Below are positions 54,501-64,000 of a stretch of DNA of 64,000 nt, piece after piece. How positions within the stretch are numbered: the first letter of the stretch is position 1; every line of letters starts with the position of its first letter. A program made the position numbers and the translations under genes. The stretch is from Auanema rhodensis (lineage: Eukaryota > Animalia > Nematoda), in NCBI GenBank assembly GCA_964057225.1, contig OZ059898.1, positions 19,344,001 to 19,408,000 on the forward strand, read 5' to 3'. The notes beneath the pieces were generated by a model. That model did no database searches. It was given only the letters and a program-made list of their open reading frames with translations, and was not told the DNA's origin.

Positions 54501-57500
54501 CGTTGAATAACATTGTCCATCGTCTTTGCCTTGAAAAAAGGAATCTAAAAACATCTACTTTTTGCTAAATTATTTTGAAGTTTTTCGAAAAAATTTTTGT
54601 CAAAATGTTTTTGGAAGCAATGTTGAGTGTACATGGAAACTCAACATACACTAACGCATCATTTTTCAAACGATCATAACTAATTTTTGTATTAAGCGTT
54701 TCTCAATGTAGTATAGTGCATTTGATACGGATTTTTAAGCTGCGTCGATCTGTGTTATCAGATTTGCGCTAGCTTAAAAATGCACCGAGATATCAACTGA
54801 TATAAGTTCACACTTATATCCTAGATTTTCACCCTGAAGAAATAATTTTTTCGTTGAATAACATTGTCCATCGTCTTTGCCTTGAAAAAAGGAATCTAAA
54901 AACATCTACTTTTTGCTAAATTATTTTGAAGTTTTTCGAAAAAATTTTTGTCAAAATGTTTTTGGAAGCAATGTTGAGTGTACATGGAAACTCAACATAC
55001 ACTAACGCATCATTTTTCAAACGATCATAACTAATTTTTGTATTAAGCGTTTCTCAATGTAGTATAGTGCATTCGATGCGGATTTTTAAGCTGCGTCGAT
55101 CTGTGTTATCAGATTTGCGCTAGCTTAAAAATGCACCGAGATATCAACTGATATAAGTTCACACTTATATCCTAGATTTTCACCCTGAAGAAATAATTTT
55201 TTCGTTGAATAACATTGTCCATCGTCTTTGCCTTGAAAAAAGGAATCTAAAAACATCTACTTTTTGCTAAATTATTTTGAAATTTTTCGAAAAAATTTTT
55301 GTCAAAATGTTTTTGGAAGCAATGTTGAGTGTACATGGAAACTCAACATACACTAATGCATCATTTTTCAAACGATCATAACTAATTTTTGTATTAAGCG
55401 TTTCTCAATGTAGTATAGTGCATTCGATGCGGATTTTTAAGCTGCGTCGATCTGTGTTATCAGATTTGCGCAAGCTTAAAAATGCACCGAGACATCAACT
55501 GATATAAGTTCACACTGATATCCTCGATTTTCACCCTGAAGAATTAATTTTTTCGTTGAATAACATTGTCCATCGTCTTTGCCTTGAAAAAAGGAATCTA
55601 AAAACATCTACTTTTTGCTAAATTATTTTGAAATTTTTCGAAAAAATTTTTGTCAAAATGTTTTTGGAAGCAATGTTGAGTGAACATGGAAACTCAACAT
55701 ACACTAATGCATCATTTTTCGAACAATCATAACTAATTTTTGTATTAAGCGTTTCTCAATGTAGTATAGTGCATTTGATACGGATTTTTAAGCTGCGTCG
55801 ATCTGTGTTATCAGATTTGCGCTAGCTTAAAAATGCACCGAGATATCAACTGATATAAGTTCACACTTATATCCTAGATTTTCACCCTGAAGAAATAATT
55901 TTTTCGTTGAATAACATTGTCCATCGTCTTTGCCTTGAAAAAAGGAATCTAAAACATCTACTTTTTGCTAAATTATTTTGAAGTTTTTCGAAAAAATTTT
56001 TGTCAAAATGTTTTTGGAAGCAATGTTGAGTGTACATGGAAACTCAACATACACTAACGCATCATTTTTCAAACGATCATAACTAATTTTTGTATTAAGC
56101 GTTTCTCAATGTAGTATAGTGCATTCGATGCGGATTTTTAAGCTGCGTCGATCTGTGTTATCAGATTTGCGCTAGCTTAAAAATGCACCGAGATATCAAC
56201 TGATATAAGTTCACACTTATATCCTAGATTTTCACCCTGAAGAAATAATTTTTTCGTTGAATAACATTGTCCATCGTCTTTGCCTTGAAAAAAGGAATCT
56301 AAAAACATCTACTTTTTGCTAAATTATTTTGAAGTTTTTCGAAAAAATTTTTGTCAAAATGTTTTTGGAAGCAATGTTGAGTGTACATGGAAACTCAACA
56401 TACACTAACGCATCATTTTTCAAACGATCATAACTAATTTTTGTATTAAGCGTTTCTCAATGTAGTATAGTGCATTCGATGCGGATTTTTAAGCTGCGTC
56501 GATCTGTGTTATCAGATTTGCGCTAGCTTAAAAATGCACCGAGATATCAACTGATATAAGTTCACACTTATATCCTCGATTTTCACCCTGAAGAATTAAT
56601 TTTTTCGTTGAATAACATTGTCCATCGTCTTTGCCTTGAAAAAAGGAATCTAAAAACATCTACTTTTTGCTAAATTATTTTGAAATTTTTCGAAAAAATT
56701 TTTGTCAAAATGTTTTTGGAAGCAATGTTGAGTGAACATGGAAACTCAACATACACTAATGCATCATTTTTCGAACAATCATAACTAATTTTTGTATTAA
56801 GCGTTTCTCAATGTAGTATAGTGCATTCGATGCGGATTTTTAAGCTGCGTCGATCTGTGTTATCAGATTTGCGCTAGCTTAAAAATGCACCGAGATATCA
56901 TCTGATATAAGTTCACACTTATATCCTCGATTTTCACCCTGAAGAATTAATTTTTTCGTTGAATAACATTGTCCATCGTCTTTGCCTTGAAAAAAGGAAT
57001 CTAAAAACATCTACTTTTTGCTAAATTATTTTGAAATTTTTCGAAAAAATTTTTGTCAAAATGTTTTTGGAAGCAATGTTGAGTGTACATGGAAACTCAA
57101 CATACACTAACGCATCATTTTTCAAACGATCATAACTAATTTTTGTATTAAGCGTTTCTCAATGTAGTATAGTGCATTCGATGCGGATTTTTAAGCTGCG
57201 TCGATCTGTGTTATCAGATTTGCGCTAGCTTAAAAATGCACCGAGATATCATCTGATATAAGTTCACACTTATATCCTAGATTTTCACCCTGAAGAAATA
57301 ATTTTTTCGTTGAATAACATTGTCCATCGTCTTTGCCTTGAAAAAAGGAATCTAAAAACATCTACTTTTTGCTAAATTATTTTGAAGTTTTTCGAAAAAA
57401 TTTTTGTCAAAATGTTTTTGGAAGCAATGTTGAGTGTACATGGAAACTCAACATACACTAACGCATCATTTTTCAAACGATCATAACTAATTTTTGTATT

Positions 57501-60500
57501 AAGCGTTTCTCAATGTAGTATAGTGCATTCGATGCGGATTTTTAAGCTGCGTCGATCTGTGTTATCAGATTTGCGCTAGCTTAAAAATGCACCGAGATAT
57601 CAACTGATATAAGTTCACACTTATATCCTCGATTTTCACCCTGAAGAATTAATTTTTTCGTTGAATAACATTGTCCATCGTCTTTGCCTTGAAAAAAGGA
57701 ATCTAAAAACATCTACTTTTTGCTAAATTATTTTGAAATTTTTCGAAAAAATTTTTGTCAAAATGTTTTTGGAAGCAATGTTGAGTGAACATGGAAACTC
57801 AACATACACTAATGCATCATTTTTCGAACAATCATAACTAATTTTTGTATTAAGCGTTTCTCAATGTAGTATAGTGCATTCGATGCGGATTTTTAAGCTG
57901 CGTCGATCTGTGTTATCAGATTTGCGCTAGCTTAAAAATGCACCGAGATATCATCTGATATAAGTTCACACTTATATTCTCGATTTTCACCCTGAAGAAT
58001 TAATTTTTTCGTTGAATAACATTGTCCATCGTCTTTGCCTTGAAAAAAGGAATCTAAAAACATCTACTTTTTGCTAAATTATTTTGAAATTTTTCGAAAA
58101 AATTTTTGTCAAAATGTTTTTGGAAGCAATGTTGAGTGTACATGGAAACTCAACATACACTAATGCATCATTTTTCAAACGATCATAACTAATTTTTGTA
58201 TTAAGCGTTTCTCAATGTAGTATAGTGCATTCGATGCGGATTTTTAAGCTGCGTCGATCTGTGTTATCAGATTTGCGCTAGCTTAAAAATGCACCGAGAT
58301 ATCAACTGATATAAGTTCACACTTATATTCTCGATTTTCACCCTGAAGAAATAATTTTTTCGTTGAATAACATTGTCCATCGTCTTTGCCTTGAAAAAAG
58401 GAATCTAAAAACATCTACTTTTTGCTAAATTATTTTGAAGTTTTTCAAAAAAATTTTTGTCAAAATGTTTTTGGAAGCAATGTTGAGTGTACATGGAAAC
58501 TCAACATACACTAACGCATCATTTTTCAAACGATCATAACTAATTTTTGTATTAAGCGTTTCTCAATGTAGTATAGTGCATTCGATGCGGATTTTTAAGC
58601 TGCGTCGATCTGTGTTATGAGATTTGCGCTAGCTTAAAAATGCACCGAGATATCAACTGATATAAGTTCACACTTATATCCTCGATTTTCACCCTGAAGA
58701 ATTAATTTTTTCGTTGAATAACATTGTCCATCGTCTTTGCCTTGAAAAAAGGAATCTAAACACATCTACTTTTTGCTAAATTATTTTGAAATTTTTCGAA
58801 AAAATTTTTGTCAAAATGTTTTTGGAAGCAATGTTGAGTGAACATGGAAACTCAACATACACTAATGCATCATTTTTCGAACAATCATAACTAATTTTTG
58901 TATTAAGCGTTTCTCAATGTAGTATAGTGCATTTGATACGGATTTTTAAGCTGCGTCGATCTGTGTTATCAGATTTGCGCTAGCTTAAAAATGCACCGAG
59001 ATATCAACTGATATAAGTTCACACTTATATCCTAGATTTTCACCCTGAAGAAATAATTTTTTCGTTGAATAACATTGTCCATCGTCTTTGCCTTGAAAAA
59101 AGGAATCTAAAAACATCTACTTTTTGCTAAATTATTTTGAAGTTTTTCGAAAAAATTTTTGTCAAAATGTTTTTGGAAGCAATGTTGAGTGTACATGGAA
59201 ACTCAACATACACTAACGCATCATTTTTCAAACGATCATAACTAATTTTTGTATTAAGCGTTTCTCAATGTAGTATAGTGCATTCGATGCGGATTTTTAA
59301 GCTGCGTCGATCTGTGTTATCAGATTTGCGCTAGCTTAAAAATGCACCGAGATATCAACTGATATAAGTTCACACTTATATCCTCGATTTTCACCCTGAA
59401 GAATTAATTTTTTCGTTGAATAACATTGTCCATCGTCTTTGCCTTGAAAAAAGGAATCTAAAAACATCTACTTTTTGCTAAATTATTTTAAAATTTTTCG
59501 AAAAAATTTTTGTCAAAATGTTTTTGGAAGCAATGTTGAGTGAACATGGAAACTCAACATACACTAATGCATCATTTTTCGAACAATCATAACTAATTTT
59601 TGTATTAAGCGTTTCTCAATGTAGTATAGTGCATTCGATGCGGATTTTTAAGCTGCGTCGATCTGTGTTATCAGATTTGCGCTAGCTTAAAAATGCACCG
59701 AGATATCAACTGATATAAGTTCACACTTATATCCTCGATTTTCACCCTGAAGAATTAATTTTTTCGTTGAATAACATTGTCCATCGTCTTTGCCTTGAAA
59801 AAAGGAATCTAAAAACATCTACTTTTTGCTAAATTATTTTGAAATTTTTCGAAAAAATTTTTGTCAAAATGTTTTTGGAAGCAATGTTGAGTGTACATGG
59901 AAACTCAACATACACTAATGCATCATTTTTCAAACGATCATAACTAATTTTTGTATTAAGCGTTTCTCAATGTAGTATAGTGCATTCGATGCGGATTTTT
60001 AAGCTGCGTCGATCTGTGTTATCAGATTTGCGCTAGCTTAAAAATGCACCGAGATATCAACTGATATAAGTTCACACTTATATTCTCGATTTTCACCCTG
60101 AAGAAATAATTTTTTCGTTGAATAACATTGTCCATCGTCTTTGCCTTGAAAAAAGGAATCTAAAAACATCTACTTTTTGCTAAATTATTTTGAAGTTTTT
60201 CAAAAAAATTTTTGTCAAAATGTTTTTGGAAGCAATGTTGAGTGTACATGGAAACTCAACATACACTAACGCATCATTTTTCAAACGATCATAACTAATT
60301 TTTGTATTAAGCGTTTCTCAATGTAGTATAGTGCATTCGATGCGGATTTTTAAGCTGCGTCGATCTGTGTTATCAGATTTGCGCTAACTTAAAAATGCAC
60401 CGAGATATCAACTGATATAAGTTCACACTTATATTCTCGATTTTCACCCTGAAGAAATAATTTTTTCGTTGAATAACATTGTCCATCGTCTTTGCCTTGA

Positions 60501-63500
60501 AAAAAGGAATCTAAAAACATCTACTTTTTGCTAAATTATTTTGAAGTTTTTCAAAAAAATTTTTGTCAAAATGTTTTTGGAAGCAATGTTGAGTGTACAT
60601 GGAAACTCAACATACACTAACGCATCATTTTTCAAACGATCATAACTAATTTTTGTATTAAGCGTTTCTCAATGTAGTATAGTGCATTCGATGCGGATTT
60701 TTAAGCTGCGTCGATCTGTGTTATGAGATTTGCGCTAGCTTAAAAATGCACCGAGATATCAACTGATATAAGTTCACACTTATATCCTCGATTTTCACCC
60801 TGAAGAATTAATTTTTTCGTTGAATAACATTGTCCATCGTCTTTGCCTTGAAAAAAGGAATCTAAACACATCTACTTTTTGCTAAATTATTTTGAAATTT
60901 TTCGAAAAAATTTTTGTCAAAATGTTTTTGGAAGCAATGTTGAGTGAACATGGAAACTCAACATACACTAATGCATCATTTTTCAAACAATCATAACTAA
61001 TTTTTGTATCAAGCGTTTCTCAATGTAGTATAGTGCATTCGATGCGGATTTTTAAGCTGCGTCGATCTGTGTTATCAGATTTGCGCTAACTTAAAAATGC
61101 ACCGAGATATCAACTGATATAAGTTCACACTTATATCCTCGATTTTCACCCTGAAGAATTAATTTTTTCGTTGAATAACATTGTCCATCGTCTTTGCCTT
61201 GAAAAAAGGAATCTAAAAACATCTACTTTTTGCTAAATTATTTTGAAGTTTTTCGAAAAAATTTTTGTCAAAATGTTTTTGGAAGCAATGTTGAGTGTAC
61301 ATGGAAACTCAACATACACTAATGCATCATTTTTCAAACGATCATAACTAATTTTTGTATTAAGCGTTTCTCAATGTAGTATAGTGCATTCGATGCGGAT
61401 TTTTAAGCTGCGTCGATCTGTGTTATGAGATTTGCGCTAGCTTAAAAATGCACCGAGATATCAACTGATATAAGTTCACACTTATATCCTCGATTTTCAC
61501 CCTGAAGAATTAATTTTTTCGTTGAATAACATTGTCCATCGTCTTTGCCTTGAAAAAAGGAATCTAAAAACATCTACTTTTTGCTAAATTATTTTGAAAT
61601 TTTTCGAAAAAATTTTTGTCAAAATGTTTTTGGAAGCAATGTTGAGTGAACATGGAAACTCAACATACACTAATGCATCATTTTTCAAACAATCATAACT
61701 AATTTTTGTATCAAGCGTTTCTCAATGTAGTATAGTGCATTCGATGCGGATTTTTAAGCTGCGTCGATCTGTGTTATCAGATTTGCGCTAACTTAAAAAT
61801 GCACCGAGATATCAACTGATATAAGTTCACACTTATATCCTCGATTTTCACCCTGAAGAATTAATTTTTTCGTTGAATAACATTGTCCATCGTCTTTGCC
61901 TTGAAAAAAGGAATCTAAAAACATCTACTTTTTGCTAAATTATTTTGAAATTTTTCGAAAAAATTTTTGTCAAAATGTTTTTGGAAGCAATGTTGAGTGA
62001 ACATGGAAACTCAACATACACTAATGCATCATTTTTCAAACAATCATAACTAATTTTTGTATTAAGCGTTTCTCAATGTAGTATAGTGCATTTGATGCGG
62101 ATTTTTAAGCTGCGTCGATCTGTGTTATCAGATTTGCGCTAGCTTAAAAATGCACCGAGATATCAACTGATATAAGTTCACACTTATATCCTCGATTTTC
62201 ACCCTGAAGAAATAATTTTTTCGTTGAATAACATTGTCCATCGTCTTCGCCTTAAAAAAAGGAATCTAAAAACATCTACTTTTTGCTAAATTATTTTGAA
62301 GTTTTTCGAAAAAATTTTTGTCAAAATGTTTTTGGAAGCAATGTTGAGTGTACATGGAAACTCAACATACACTAATGCATCATTTTTCAAACGATCATAA
62401 CTAATTTTTGTATTAAGCGTTTCTCAATGTAGTATAGTGCATTCGATGCGGATTTTTAAGCTGCGTCGATCTGTGTTATGAGATTTGCGCTAGCTTAAAA
62501 ATGCACCGAGATATCAACTGATATAAGTTCACACTTATATCCTCGATTTTCACCCTGAAGAATTAATTTTTTCGTTGAATAACATTGTCCATCGTCTTTG
62601 CCTTGAAAAAAGGAATCTAAAAACATCTACTTTTTGCTAAATTATTTTGAAATTTTTCGAAAAAATTTTTGTCAAAATGTTTTTGGAAGCAATGTTGAGT
62701 GAACATGGAAACTCAACATACACTAATGCATCATTTTTCAAACAATCATAACTAATTTTTGTATCAAGCGTTTCTCAATGTAGTATAGTGCATTCGATGC
62801 GGATTTTTAAGCTGCGTCGATCTGTGTTATCAGATTTGCGCTAACTTAAAAATGCACCGAGATATCAACTGATATAAGTTCACACTTATATCCTCGATTT
62901 TCACCCTGAAGAAATAATTTTTTCGTTGAATAACATTGTCCATCGTCTTTGCCTTGAAAAAAGGAATCTAAAAACATCTACTTTTTGCTAAATTATTTTG
63001 AAATTTTTCAAAAAAATTTTTGTCAAAATGTTTTTGGAAGCAATGTTGAGTGTACATGGAAACTCAACATACACTAATGCATCATTTTTCAAACGATCAT
63101 AACTAATTTTTGTATTAAGCGTTTCTCAATGTAGTATAGTGCATTTGATGCGGATTTTTAAGCTGCGTCGATCTGTGTTATCAGATTTGCGCTAGCTTAA
63201 AAATGCACCGAGATATCAACTGATATAAGTTCACACTTATATCCTCGATTTTCACCCTGAAGAAATAATTTTTTCGTTGAATAACATTGTCCATCGTCTT
63301 CGCCTTGAAAAAAGGAATCTAAAAACATCTACTTTTTGCTAAATTATTTTGAAGTTTTTCGAAAAAATTTTTGTCAAAATGTTTTTGGAAGCAATGTTGA
63401 GTGTACATGGAAACTCAACATACACTAATGCATCATTTTTCAAACGATCATAACTAATTTTTGTATTAAGCGTTTCTCAATGTAGTATAGTGAATTCGAT

Positions 63501-64000
63501 GCGGAATTTTAAGCTGCGTCGATCTGTGTTATCAGATTTGCGCTAGCTTAAAAATGCACCGAGATATCAATTGATATAAGTTCACAATTATATCCTCGAT
63601 TTTCACCCTGAAGAAATAATTTTTTCGTTGAATAACATTGTCCATCGTCTTTGCCTTGAAAAAAGGAATCTAAAAACATCTACTTTTTGCTAAATTATTT
63701 TGAAGTTTTTTGAAAAAATTTTTGTCAAAATGTTTTTGGAAGCAATGTTGAGTGTACATGGAAACTCAACATACACTAATGCATCATTTTTCAAACGATC
63801 ATAACTAATTTTTGTATTAAGCGTTTCTCAATGTAGTATTGTGCATTCGATGCGGATTTTTAAGCTGCGTCGATCTGTGTTATGAGATTTGCGCTAGCTT
63901 AAAAATGCACCGAGATATCAACTGATATAAGTTCACACTTATATCCTCGATTTTCACCCTGAAGAATTAATTTTTTCGTTGAATAACATTGTCCATCGTC
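36505..64000. repeat. Haplotype domain C (M105-M183, including a mixed B/C zone at about 36.5-41 kb)
   Basis: New recurrent markers p67A, p86A, p175G, p250C, p322A, p64T, p182A, p3G, p145C, p288C, p40T and p14A/p35C/p59G; several alternating monomer types. Confidence 0.85.
52651..55809. repeat. 4-monomer higher-order unit, about 2.3 copies (M151-M159)
   Basis: p14A/p35C/p59G monomer at M151, M155 and M159 (p14A at 52664, 54068, 55472; spacing 1404); M152-154 match M156-158. Confidence 0.9.

Larger units (their letters stand above)
1..64000. repeat. Tandem satellite DNA array, 351-bp AT-rich monomer, about 182.3 copies, single orientation, runs off both window ends
   Basis: ATCAGATTTG recurs at 1, 352, 3511, 7021, 14041, 21061, 28081, 35101, 42121 and 49141 (exact multiples of 351). 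After a 1-bp deletion near 55951 the register shifts by one (56160 ... 63882). 109/351 G+C in monomer 1. Confidence 0.99.

Noticed and set aside
1-64000. CRISPR array or repeat-spacer system
   Set aside because: There are no unique spacers; the sequence between the palindromes is as conserved as the palindromes themselves, and no cas genes are present.
1-64000. Whole array as a sequencing or rolling-circle concatemer artefact
   Set aside because: The variants form ordered, position-dependent haplotypes and nested duplications rather than random errors, as expected of a real evolving array. Individual duplications still need read support.

Overview
The whole 64-kb window is one uninterrupted, head-to-tail array of a 351-bp satellite DNA monomer, about 31% GC by hand count of monomer 1. 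It holds 182 complete copies plus a 119-bp partial copy. Monomers differ by only a few substitutions. I saw no inversion, no inserted element and only one indel (1 bp, about 55951). I can support no protein-coding gene, RNA gene or CRISPR array; the single supplied ORF arises from one lost stop codon in one monomer. This is most consistent with eukaryotic heterochromatic or (peri)centromeric satellite, but I do not recognise the family or species. I found no evidence of a novel gene system. The informative structure lies at two levels. First, the monomer contains several inverted repeats, two pairs of which sit about 175 bp apart. Second, the SNP pattern shows three haplotype domains, short-lived local 2-, 4-, 5-, 6- and 7-mer higher-order periodicities, hybrid monomers with different switch points, long-range sharing of rare alleles, and many CpG-type variants. 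Notation: Mn is monomer n, starting at 1+351(n-1) up to M160 and 1 bp earlier from M161; pN is position N within the monomer, with p1 the A of ATCAGATTTG. Variants were read by eye and should be confirmed by alignment.
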